64,000 nucleotides of DNA. Origin: Pseudomonas sp. Its GTDB lineage: Bacteria > Pseudomonadota > Gammaproteobacteria > Pseudomonadales > Pseudomonadaceae. Location: positions 8,404-72,403 of the forward strand of contig NZ_JBOICF010000045.1 in assembly GCF_050739935.1 (NCBI RefSeq), written 5' to 3'. The translations under genes and the position numbers were made by a program. Within the stretch, counting starts at the first letter, position 1. The number at the start of each line of letters is the position of its first letter. Under the pieces are notes generated by a model, which saw only the letters and a list, made by a program, of their open reading frames with translations, was not told the DNA's origin and did not search any database. Shown here one piece after another: positions 36,760 through 44,664 of this stretch.

Positions 36760-36784
36760 TACTGTCAGAAATGACAGGTTTTGC
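36760..36784. repeat. Right copy of the 25-bp perfect inverted repeat bracketing the island
   Basis: TACTGTCAGAAATGACAGGTTTTGC is the exact reverse complement of 23317-23341. It lies 61 nt upstream of the ATG of paralog E and 47 nt from the HAD gene stop. Confidence 0.9.
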
Positions 36785-36831
36785 TGCCGTTTGTCGGGCC
36801 GTGTTGCACGGGTCCAATACCGCCAGAGCGC

Positions 36832-37485
36832 CTACTTCCAGCTATGAATCGGCCAACCCGCCTTTTCTGCTGCTTCCCTGAGCACCGGATCGGGGTTGAC
36901 CACATGGGGGAAATCGACCCTCTGCAACAACGGCAGATCATTGCGCGAGTCTGAATAGAAGCTGGCCCCCTCGAGGTTTTCGCCCTCCTGATCCAGCCAT
37001 TCCAGCAGGCGGATGATTTTGCCTTCGCGGTAGGTGAGCACGCCGCGGGTTTTGCCGCTGTAGACGCCGTGGGCGATGTCCAGGTCGATGGCCAAGACTT
37101 CATCGACGCCGATGCGTTCGGCGATGGCCTGCACCAGATGCACACCGGACGCGGAGATAATCAGAATGCGATCGCCTGCGGCGCGATGCTCGGCGATGGC
37201 CTTGGTGGCGTCGCTGAAGATGATCGGCTCGATGAAGTCCTCCACCCACGGGGCTACCAGGAAATCCACTTCTTCAGGCGTGCGGCCAATCATCGGCTCC
37301 AGGCTGAAGGCCATGTAATCCTCCATCGCCAGATCGCCTTTGCTGTAGGCCTCCATCAGCTCGTGGTCTTTTTTCATGAACGACTCAGGATCGACCCAGC
37401 CCAGACGCCCCATCTGCTCGCTCCACAGGCTGGCGCAATCGCCGTGAATCAGGGTTTCGTCCAAATCGAATATGGCCAGTGCCAT
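36832..37485 (-). CDS. HAD-superfamily hydrolase (subfamily IB, phosphoserine-phosphatase-like)
   Basis: 217 aa from ATG 37485 (MALAIFDLDETLIHGD carries the DxD nucleophile motif). The upstream part of the track ORF runs through a REPIN and was trimmed. Confidence 0.8.
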   Translation of the reverse strand: MALAIFDLDETLIHGDCASLWSEQMGRLGWVDPESFMKKDHELMEAYSKGDLAMEDYMAFSLEPMIGRTPEEVDFLVAPWVEDFIEPIIFSDATKAIAEHRAAGDRILIISASGVHLVQAIAERIGVDEVLAIDLDIAHGVYSGKTRGVLTYREGKIIRLLEWLDQEGENLEGASFYSDSRNDLPLLQRVDFPHVVNPDPVLREAAEKAGWPIHSWK

Positions 37486-37536
37486 GGTGTAAATCCTCTT
37501 AATTCGGTACGTACAGATCCATGGAGAACCTGGACC

Positions 37537-37628
37537 CTGTGGGAGCGAATTCATTCGCGATACGTAGGTACAGACGATGAAGGTGCGTCGGATGTACCGG
37601 CCCATCGCGAATGAATTCGCTCCCACAG
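37537..37628. repeat. REPIN (CTGTGGGAGCGAATTCATTCGCGAT family)
   Basis: Perfectly complementary terminal arms CTGTGGGAGCGAATTCATTCGCGAT / ATCGCGAATGAATTCGCTCCCACAG. A second copy in opposite orientation lies at 41092-41183. Confidence 0.85.
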
Positions 37629-37649
37629 TTCAAATTTACGGCAGCTTCG

Positions 37650-38639
37650 TCACGCGACCTCACACAACGCCGACGCTTCGATGTTCAGGGTGACGCGCCT
37701 GCCGTTGGGGTGCAAGTCGTCGGCAGAGCGGTTGAGCACATCGACGACCAGCTCCACCCCTCGCGCTTCGACGCGATAACGAATCACGTTACCCAACAGG
37801 CTGTGGCTGCGCACCTCGCCTTCCAGCGAGCCGGTCAGGCTCAACTGGATGGCTTCCGGGCGAATCGCCACGCGGCTGTTGATCGGGCGCTGCATCAGGC
37901 GGCTGGCGTCGTCGGGCTCAAGCAGGTTGTAGTTGCCAATGAAGCCTGCGGCGAATGCATCGACCGGCGCGGTGTACAGCGTTTCCGCGTCGCCGCTTTG
38001 CACGATCCGGCCCTGGTTCATCAGGAAGATGCGGTCAGACATGGTCAGCGCCTCTTCCTGATCGTGGGTGACGAAAATCGTGGTCAGGCCCAGCTCTTGT
38101 TGAATGGCGCGGATCTGCTCTCGCAAGTGTTTGCGAATCCGCGCATCCAGCGCCGACAGCGGCTCATCGAGCAGCAGCAGGCGCGGGCGGGTAACCAGCG
38201 AGCGCGCCAGGGCCACTCGCTGGCACTGGCCGCCGGACATCTGGTGCGGATAACGCTTGGCCAGTTCGTTCAGCTCCACCAGCTTCAACACTTCGGCCAC
38301 ACGCTGCCGGGTTTCATCGGTGCTGACCTTCTGCATGCGCAGACCGAAGGCGACGTTCTGCTCCACGTTCATGTTGGGAAACAGCGCATAACTCTGGAAC
38401 ACCATGCCGATGCCCCGCTTCTGCGGCGACAGCGGAACGATGTTCTTGTCGTCGAGAAAGATCTTGCCGCGGGTGACTGAGGTCAGGCCGGCAATACAAC
38501 GCAGCAGGGTAGATTTGCCGCAACCCGACGGGCCGAGCAGGGTGACGAATTCGCCCTGATTGATCACGCAGTTGATATCGCTGAACACCGCTGTGCTGCC
38601 GTAGTTCTTTTGCAGGTTTTCGACGCTGACGAAGCTCAT
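37650..38639 (-). CDS. ABC transporter ATP-binding protein
   Basis: 329 aa. Walker A GPSGCGKST, signature LSGGQCQRVALAR, Walker B LLLLDEP. C-terminal TOBE-like regulatory domain. Confidence 0.9.
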   Translation of the reverse strand: MSFVSVENLQKNYGSTAVFSDINCVINQGEFVTLLGPSGCGKSTLLRCIAGLTSVTRGKIFLDDKNIVPLSPQKRGIGMVFQSYALFPNMNVEQNVAFGLRMQKVSTDETRQRVAEVLKLVELNELAKRYPHQMSGGQCQRVALARSLVTRPRLLLLDEPLSALDARIRKHLREQIRAIQQELGLTTIFVTHDQEEALTMSDRIFLMNQGRIVQSGDAETLYTAPVDAFAAGFIGNYNLLEPDDASRLMQRPINSRVAIRPEAIQLSLTGSLEGEVRSHSLLGNVIRYRVEARGVELVVDVLNRSADDLHPNGRRVTLNIEASALCEVA

Positions 38640-38640
38640 A

Positions 38641-39438
38641 TCAGTCTTTGTCCTTGTTCAGTCGGTTGGCCGCCCAGGTCAGCAGCAGTACGAAGAAGAA
38701 ATAGGAGATCACCAGTGCGCTGTTGAAGTGGCCGCTGCTGTTGCGCATGTTGTTCAGGTAGACCTGCAGGGTTTCGTAGCGAGTGCCGACCAACAGGTTG
38801 GCGAATACGAATTCGCCGAACAGGAAGGAGAACGACAGCAGCAGCGCAATCATCAACCCCTTGCGCAGGTTGGGCAGCACCACCAGGAATGCCGCTTTGA
38901 AGGTGCTAGCGCCCAGCAGTTGCGCGGCGTCCATCAGGTCGACCAGGTTGATCGCCTGCAGGTTGTTGGTGATCGCCCGATACATGAACGGCAGTGCCAC
39001 GGTGAAGTAGCAACCGATCAGAATCCACGGTGTCCCGACCATCGCCAGCGGCCCCGATCCGTAGAGCTGCAACAGCCCGACTGACGACACCACCGGTGGC
39101 ACGGCGAAGGGCAGCAGGATCAGGATGTTCATCAGCGCGTCGAGCTTCGGAAAGTGGTAATGCACCACGAACAGCAGCGGCAGAATCAGCACCACCGAGA
39201 GGATCAACGCGCCGACGCAGACCAGCAAAGATTGCCCGAAGGCAATCAGAAAGCGTGGATCGCTCCACAGCGCCACATACCATTTATAAGTGAAGCCTGC
39301 GGGCAGAATGGTCGCCGACCAACTGGTGGCAATCGAGTAGACAAAGGTGCCGAGCAGTGGCGCAAGCAGAATCAGGAACAGGATGTACACCACCAAGCGG
39401 TGGTAAAGCCCGACCGGGCCGCGTTCAGCGCGAGACAT
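38641..39438 (-). CDS. ABC transporter permease
   Basis: 265 aa, about 6 TM segments, with an EAA-like loop (DAAQLLGASTFKAFLVVLPNLR). Overlaps the upstream permease by 14 nt. Confidence 0.85.
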   Translation of the reverse strand: MSRAERGPVGLYHRLVVYILFLILLAPLLGTFVYSIATSWSATILPAGFTYKWYVALWSDPRFLIAFGQSLLVCVGALILSVVLILPLLFVVHYHFPKLDALMNILILLPFAVPPVVSSVGLLQLYGSGPLAMVGTPWILIGCYFTVALPFMYRAITNNLQAINLVDLMDAAQLLGASTFKAAFLVVLPNLRKGLMIALLLSFSFLFGEFVFANLLVGTRYETLQVYLNNMRNSSGHFNSALVISYFFFVLLLTWAANRLNKDKD

Positions 39439-40267
39439 GGTAGCTCCTCTTCAACAGCCACTGATGGACGAGAGTGACCAAGGTCATCATGCCCACCAGA
39501 ATCATCGCCAGTGCGCTGGCCATGTTCGGGTCCAGCGTGATGTCACCGGCCACCATCGCGGCGATGCGAATCGGCAGCACGTTGAAGTTGCCGGTGGTCA
39601 ATGCGTAAACCGTCGCATAGGCGCCCAGAGCGTTGGCCAGCAGGATGACGAACGTGCCGAGCAGGGCAGGGGTCAGCACCGGGATGCCGATGTGTCGCCA
39701 GAAAGCCCAGCCGCTGGCACCCAACAGCGAAGCCGATTCGCGCCAGTCTTCACGCAGCGCGTCGAACGCCGGGTACAGCAGCAATACGCCAAGGGGGATC
39801 TGGAAGTAGGTATAGAGGATGATCAGGCCGGTTTTCGAGTACAGGTTGAAGTCGTCGATGATCCCGGCCTGTTTCAGGATCAGCGTCAGCGCGCCGTTGA
39901 AGCCGAGCAGGATGATGAAGGCAAAGGCCAGCGGCACGCCAGAGAAGTTGCTGGTCATGTTGGCGAAGGCGCTGACGAAATCCCGCAGCCGCCCTGGCAC
40001 TTTGCGCAGCGAGTAACTGCCGAGGATCGCGATGACGATGCCGATCAAACTCGACCAGAAACTGATCTCCAGGCTGTACTGCATCGCCTGGCGATAGAAG
40101 CGCGAATTGAACGCCTTGACGAAGTTGTCCACGCCCCAGCCCGCGTCCGAGTGCAGGCTGTTGATCGCGACCCAGGCCAGTGGCGCGATCTGAAACGCGA
40201 TGAAGAAAATCGCAAAGGGCACCAGGCACAGCAGCCCCAGCCATTTGCCGCGACTCTGTGAATTCAC
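39425..40267 (-). CDS. ABC transporter permease
   Basis: 280 aa from the GTG at 40267, which overlaps the stop of the upstream phosphodiesterase-family gene (GTGA). EAA-like loop ESASLLGASGWAFWRHIGIPVL. Confidence 0.8.
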   Translation of the reverse strand: MNSQSRGKWLGLLCLVPFAIFFIAFQIAPLAWVAINSLHSDAGWGVDNFVKAFNSRFYRQAMQYSLEISFWSSLIGIVIAILGSYSLRKVPGRLRDFVSAFANMTSNFSGVPLAFAFIILLGFNGALTLILKQAGIIDDFNLYSKTGLIILYTYFQIPLGVLLLYPAFDALREDWRESASLLGASGWAFWRHIGIPVLTPALLGTFVILLANALGAYATVYALTTGNFNVLPIRIAAMVAGDITLDPNMASALAMILVGMMTLVTLVHQWLLKRSYHVSR

Positions 40268-41070
40268 TTGAGCACCTCTCTGCAAACAGGTTTGTCGTGG
40301 GGCGCGCCGAGCAGTTCGCACACCGTTCCGCAGATCTCGGTCTGTTTGGGTTGTGCCCCGGGATCGAGGCTGAATGCGTCACCGATGACGAACAACGGCA
40401 CTTCGCGCTCCTCGGGAAGGGTGCCGTTGTGCGAGCGGTCGTTGTTAATGCCATGGTCGGCGGTTACCAGCACCTGATACCCGGCGTCGAGCCAGCGCTG
40501 CAGATATTCGGCAAGAATGACGTCAGCCGAACGCGCGCTGTTGCGGTATTGCGCGGTGTCCAGGCCGTGCTTGTGGCCGGCATCGTCGATGTTCATCGGG
40601 TGGATGAACAGGAAATTCGGCTGGTGCGCGGTTCTCAGGTGCTCGGCATCGTCGAACAGGTGTGAATCGGGGTAGTGATCGACGTAATAGAAGTGGCCGT
40701 GCTGGATCGGCAGGTCAGCGTCATCCGTGTGTCGGTCGCGGGCTGCGATGAACGGGCTGCGGTTGTACAGCTCGCTGACCCAGTGATAGGCCGCAGCGGC
40801 GGTGGTGAGCCCGGCAGCGGCGGCGTAGTGGAAGACGCTGCGCTGGTTGGACAGGCGCGACACGTGGTTGTGCACGATGCCGCTGTCGATTGGCGCAATG
40901 CCGGTCAGAATGCATTCATAAAGTGGTCGGGAAAGCGCCGGCAATTCACATTCCAGCTTGTACAAGGCGGCCCGGTCCGCGTTCCGGTAAGCCAGCAAAT
41001 GCCCCATCGCATGCTGCGCCACGCTGTAACTCAGGCCGTCCAGCAGGATCAGGATGACGTTGTATTTCAT
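40264..41070 (-). CDS. Alkaline-phosphatase-superfamily protein (type I phosphodiesterase/nucleotide pyrophosphatase-like)
   Basis: 268 aa. The N-terminal VILILLDGLSY (metal-binding Asp) and DDAGHKHG / TADHG motifs are typical of PF01663-type enzymes. No signal peptide is evident. Confidence 0.7.
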   Translation of the reverse strand: MKYNVILILLDGLSYSVAQHAMGHLLAYRNADRAALYKLECELPALSRPLYECILTGIAPIDSGIVHNHVSRLSNQRSVFHYAAAAGLTTAAAAYHWVSELYNRSPFIAARDRHTDDADLPIQHGHFYYVDHYPDSHLFDDAEHLRTAHQPNFLFIHPMNIDDAGHKHGLDTAQYRNSARSADVILAEYLQRWLDAGYQVLVTADHGINNDRSHNGTLPEEREVPLFVIGDAFSLDPGAQPKQTEICGTVCELLGAPHDKPVCREVLK

Positions 41071-41091
41071 ACTCGCTCCGCGGATTAAAAA

Positions 41092-41183
41092 CCGTGGGGG
41101 CGAATGTATTCGCGATTGGCCGATACATCCGACACATCCTCATCGTCTGTACTTCGGTATCGCGAATAAATTCGCTCCCACAG
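41092..41183. repeat. REPIN (same family as 37537-37628, inverted orientation)
   Basis: Arms CCGTGGGGGCGAATGTATTCGCGAT / ATCGCGAATAAATTCGCTCCCACAG. The internal loop sequence is the reverse complement of that of the 37.5-kb copy. Confidence 0.85.
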
Positions 41184-41257
41184 AGGTTCGGTGTGTGGAC
41201 CGAAACTTGCGGTCGTCCCCCCAAAATGGCGCTTCATCCTGGAAGCGCCATTAGGTT

Positions 41258-42325
41258 TTATTGCATCTCGACGATGACCTGCTCGTTCCACTGCTGAGGC
41301 AGGGCTTTCGAGGTTTTTTCCCATGCTGCGGGATCTTTGATCGGTGTCACTTTCTCGTACTGCTCGTTGGGCAGTAGCTTGGCCTGTACTTCAGGCGGCA
41401 ACGTCAGATGTTCGGCGCGGATCGGGCGAGCGTTGCCGTTGGCCAGGTTGATCTGGCCGGCATCGCTGAAGATGTATTCACGCGCCAGTTTGGCGGCGTT
41501 CGGGTGTTTGGCGTATTTGTTGATGATGGTGGTGTAGCCGGAAATCACCGAACCGTCAGACGGGATCAGCACCACGTAGTCGTCCGGGTTAGTCATCTTG
41601 GCTTTGTAGCTCAGGCCGTTGAAGTCCCAGACCACGCCGACTTCCACTTCGCCTTTTTCCATGGTCTGGATGGTCGGATTGTTGATCCCCAGACGCTTCT
41701 GCTGGGCCAGTTCGGTGAACAGTTGCAGGCCCGGTGCAAGGTTGGTTTCATCGCCCTTCATGGCGATCGCAGCCGCGAGTACGCCGTTGGCTGCTTGCGC
41801 CGCCGTGCTGACGTCGCCGATCGTCACCTTGTATTTGCCGGTTTTCAGATTAGCCCAGGATTTCGGTACGTCGGAGCCATGCAGCAGCTTCTTGTTGACG
41901 ATGAAAGCGATAGTCCCTGTATAGGCCAGCGCCCAGTGACCGTCCTGGTCCTTGGCCCAGTCCGGCACCTGATCCCAGGTGCTTGGCTTGTAGGGTTGGG
42001 TCACGCCCTTGGCAACTGCGATAGGGCCGAAAGCGGCACCGACGTCTCCGATGTCGGCGCTGGCGTTGTCTTTTTCCGCATCGAATTTGGCCACTTCCTG
42101 CGCCGAACTCATGTCGGTGTCCATGTGCACCAGACCGTATTTGGCGGTGAGATCGGTCCAGGTGCCTTTCCAGTTAGCCCAGTCGTCAGGCATGCCCACG
42201 CTGTTGACCGCACCTTCGGCCTTGGCCGCGGCTTCCAGGGTCTTGAGGTCGGTGTCCGCGGCCATGGCCGATGTGCTCAGCGCGATGGCCGAACCCAGGA
42301 GTGATGCCAGCAAAAGGTGTTTCAT
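41258..42325 (-). CDS. ABC transporter periplasmic substrate-binding protein
   Basis: 355 aa. Signal peptide MKHLLLASLLGSAIALSTSAMA. Family-1-type solute-binding fold (iron/thiamine/polyamine/phosphonate-like group). Confidence 0.8.
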   Translation of the reverse strand: MKHLLLASLLGSAIALSTSAMAADTDLKTLEAAAKAEGAVNSVGMPDDWANWKGTWTDLTAKYGLVHMDTDMSSAQEVAKFDAEKDNASADIGDVGAAFGPIAVAKGVTQPYKPSTWDQVPDWAKDQDGHWALAYTGTIAFIVNKKLLHGSDVPKSWANLKTGKYKVTIGDVSTAAQAANGVLAAAIAMKGDETNLAPGLQLFTELAQQKRLGINNPTIQTMEKGEVEVGVVWDFNGLSYKAKMTNPDDYVVLIPSDGSVISGYTTIINKYAKHPNAAKLAREYIFSDAGQINLANGNARPIRAEHLTLPPEVQAKLLPNEQYEKVTPIKDPAAWEKTSKALPQQWNEQVIVEMQ

Positions 42326-42419
42326 TCGAAGCTCCTTCGTGCACTTCTCGACATTGACTTGGAAAGGGTCGGTGAAGTGTTCGTTGCGGGTGGGTATGTC
42401 TTGAGTATGTCTAATCGGT

Positions 42420-42720
42420 TGGTCTGGAAAGCTGGTCTAGGTCAGCAATACCTGAGCCAAGTTAGGCCCGTTACATGACATTTTCGTGTCTGGACCGACT
42501 TTTGCTGGGGGAAGCACAGGCTAGGGGTACGGCTTTGAGCTAAGCGTAGACCATGTCCAAGTGCCTGATCTGAAAAGCCTAAGTTCTTTTTAAGGTCGGG
42601 ATTTTCAAGCGGATCGCGCTGGATTGTCATGCAACAGTCATCTAGGCTGCCTAGGCTCTAGAGCACTGAAACGGGCCATTCCGCTGTAGACCTTGCCCCC
42701 AAATCGCACTGGTCTAGTCC
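42420..42720. promoter_or_regulatory. Candidate HutC/GntR-type operators (GGTCTA/TAGACC motifs) in the divergent promoter region
   Basis: GCTGGTCTAGGTCAGC (42431-42446) and CTGGTCTAGTCCAG (42709-42722) are near-palindromes centred on CTAG. Extra half-sites are GTAGACC at 42546 and TGTAGACC at 42685. Confidence 0.4.
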
Positions 42721-42734
42721 AGATAGGTAACGCA

Positions 42735-43454
42735 ATGCGCCAAGATGTGCCTCGAGCGGTGACGACCATCTGCAATGCCCTGCAGGAACAGATCGAGCAC
42801 GGTCTATTGCCGCCGGGCAGCAAGTTGCCTGCCGAACGCAAACTCAGTGAAGTTTTCGACACCACGCGTATAACCCTGCGCGAGGCGTTGGTGCAGCTCG
42901 AAGCTCAGGGGCTGATTTATCGAGAAGAACGTCGCGGCTGGTTCATCTCGCCGCCACGCCTGGCCTACGACCTGATGCGTCGCAGCCATTTTCACGCCAT
43001 GGTTCAGGCACAGGGCAGGGTGCCGGCGACTCAGGTGATCTGCGCACGATTGCAACCTGCGTCGGCGGCGATCTGTGAATTACTGCAATTGCCCGCGCTG
43101 TCCAGCGTGATCCAGATCTGTCGCGTACGACGAATCGACGAGCGCCTGGTGTTGTATGTCGAGCATTACCTCAATCCTGAATACTTCCCGCAGATTCTGG
43201 ATTTCGACCTGAATCAGTCGCTAACCGAGCTGTACGTCAGTCGTTACGACATCCTTTACGGTCAAGTGCGATTCGAGATGGTGCCGACGGCGCTACCCGT
43301 CGAGGCGGCTGCGGCATTGAAAGTATCCCTCGGCAGCCCCGGCTTGCGGATTGCCAGGGTCAATCACGATCAACATGGCCGCTTGATCGATTGCGATCTG
43401 GAGTATTGGCGGCACGATGCGATTCATGTGAGTGCGGTGGTAGGGGAGCTGTAG
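42735..43454 (+). CDS. GntR family transcriptional regulator, HutC subfamily (UTRA effector domain)
   Basis: 239 aa from ATG 42735 (the track ORF begins at a TTG at 42693). wHTH ...LPAERKLSEVFDTTRITLREALVQLEAQGLIYREERRGWFI, then a UTRA-like C-terminal half. Confidence 0.8.
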   Translation: MRQDVPRAVTTICNALQEQIEHGLLPPGSKLPAERKLSEVFDTTRITLREALVQLEAQGLIYREERRGWFISPPRLAYDLMRRSHFHAMVQAQGRVPATQVICARLQPASAAICELLQLPALSSVIQICRVRRIDERLVLYVEHYLNPEYFPQILDFDLNQSLTELYVSRYDILYGQVRFEMVPTALPVEAAAALKVSLGSPGLRIARVNHDQHGRLIDCDLEYWRHDAIHVSAVVGEL

Positions 43455-43518
43455 CAGCACAGCTTGTCGGCGGTGGCGATATCACGGGCGCCACCGCCGA
43501 CAAGCCGCGCTGCTACAG
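43449..43518. repeat. REPIN hairpin overlapping two convergent stop codons
   Basis: CTGTAGCAGCACAGCTTGTCGGCGGTGGCG...CGCCACCGCCGACAAGCCGCGCTGCTACAG. The TAG of the GntR gene (43452-43454) and the TAG of the reductase gene (43513-43515, - strand) both lie in the terminal CTGTAG/CTACAG arms. Confidence 0.85.
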
Positions 43519-44661
43519 ATCGAGCACCAGATCCGACGTCGGCCTGCTGCAGCACAACAACCGCAAGCCCTTGTCGATCTCCCGCTGGCGAATGCCGCCG
43601 TTATGGTTCATCTCCACCGTCCCTTGCAACAGTGCGGTCTTGCAGGTGCCGCACACACCCTGACTGCATGATGATGGCACGATAGCACCTGCCTTTTTTG
43701 CCGCCCAGAGCACGGTCTGGTCGGCGGGCATGGAAAAAGTCTTGCCGGAGCGGGACAGGGTGATGCTGAACAGTGTTTCCATCTGTTCGGCAGTTGGGGG
43801 CTGCTCGATCAGCGGCTCTTCGTTCAGCGTTGCGATGTCGAAGCTTTCCTGATGGTAATGCTGGAAATCGAACGCCCCTTTGGCAAGCACCGCCTTGATC
43901 GCATCCATGTAGCCCTGCGGGCCGCAGGTAAACACTTCACGTTCCCTGAAATCGGGCACCGATTCGCTCAGCAGTTGCAGATCCAGACGTCCCACAGGCC
44001 CGGCCCAGTCCGCCTCCGCCCCGCGACCTTCGCACACATTCAGCACGCGCAAACCGGGCATCAGCGCTTGCATACGGGTCAGTTCGTCATGAAACACAAT
44101 GTCGGCCGGCGTACGCGTGCTGTGCACGAAAACGATGTCCAGACGAGCCGCCAGGTCGAAACCGGCGCGGGTCATCGACATCAGCGGTGTGACCCCGGAG
44201 CCTGCCGACAGGTACAAGAGCTTCTGCGCCGGATGCCCTACGGGCGTGAAGCTGCCCGCCGGGCCTGAAGCCTTCAGCGAATCGCCCGCCCGCAAGTTAT
44301 CGTGCAGCCAGTTCGAAACGATCCCGCCCGGTACGCGCTTGACCGTGATCGAGAACGAAAACGGCCGCGTAGGCGACGACGACAGGGTGTAACAACGCGA
44401 TAAGGTCTGCCCGCTGATGACCGGCGACACCGTTATGAACTGACCGGGCTCGAAGCTCAGCGCGCTAAAGTCGCCGCAACGAAAGCTGAATGTCTTCACG
44501 TCGTGGGTTTCGTTATGTACATCGCAACACAGCAAGTTTTTTTGCTCGCCACTGTTCCACTGCGCGCCGTATGCACTCCAGGTCTGCGCATCGGTAAACA
44601 GTTGCTGCGATGATGCGCTACCGGAGATGGTGGGCAGATTCTCGTATCGGGTCATGATCAT
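43513..44661 (-). CDS. Oxygenase reductase component (FNR-like FAD/NAD domains plus C-terminal plant-type 2Fe-2S ferredoxin)
   Basis: 382 aa. RCYTLSS flavin motif, GSGVTP NAD motif, C-terminal CSQGVCGTCK...C cluster. Confidence 0.8.
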   Translation of the reverse strand: MIMTRYENLPTISGSASSQQLFTDAQTWSAYGAQWNSGEQKNLLCCDVHNETHDVKTFSFRCGDFSALSFEPGQFITVSPVISGQTLSRCYTLSSSPTRPFSFSITVKRVPGGIVSNWLHDNLRAGDSLKASGPAGSFTPVGHPAQKLLYLSAGSGVTPLMSMTRAGFDLAARLDIVFVHSTRTPADIVFHDELTRMQALMPGLRVLNVCEGRGAEADWAGPVGRLDLQLLSESVPDFREREVFTCGPQGYMDAIKAVLAKGAFDFQHYHQESFDIATLNEEPLIEQPPTAEQMETLFSITLSRSGKTFSMPADQTVLWAAKKAGAIVPSSCSQGVCGTCKTALLQGTVEMNHNGGIRQREIDKGLRLLCCSRPTSDLVLDL

Positions 44662-44664
44662 TCC

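Noticed and set aside
23317-36784. Island as a classical transposon, integrative element or prophage
   Set aside because: No transposase, integrase, recombinase or phage structural genes are present. It is not inserted at the tRNA genes. No direct target-site duplication flanks the 25-bp inverted repeats (outside flanks ...CGACGAACGGTC and TGCCGTTTGTCG... do not match as direct repeats). Mobility remains only one possible reading of the repeats.
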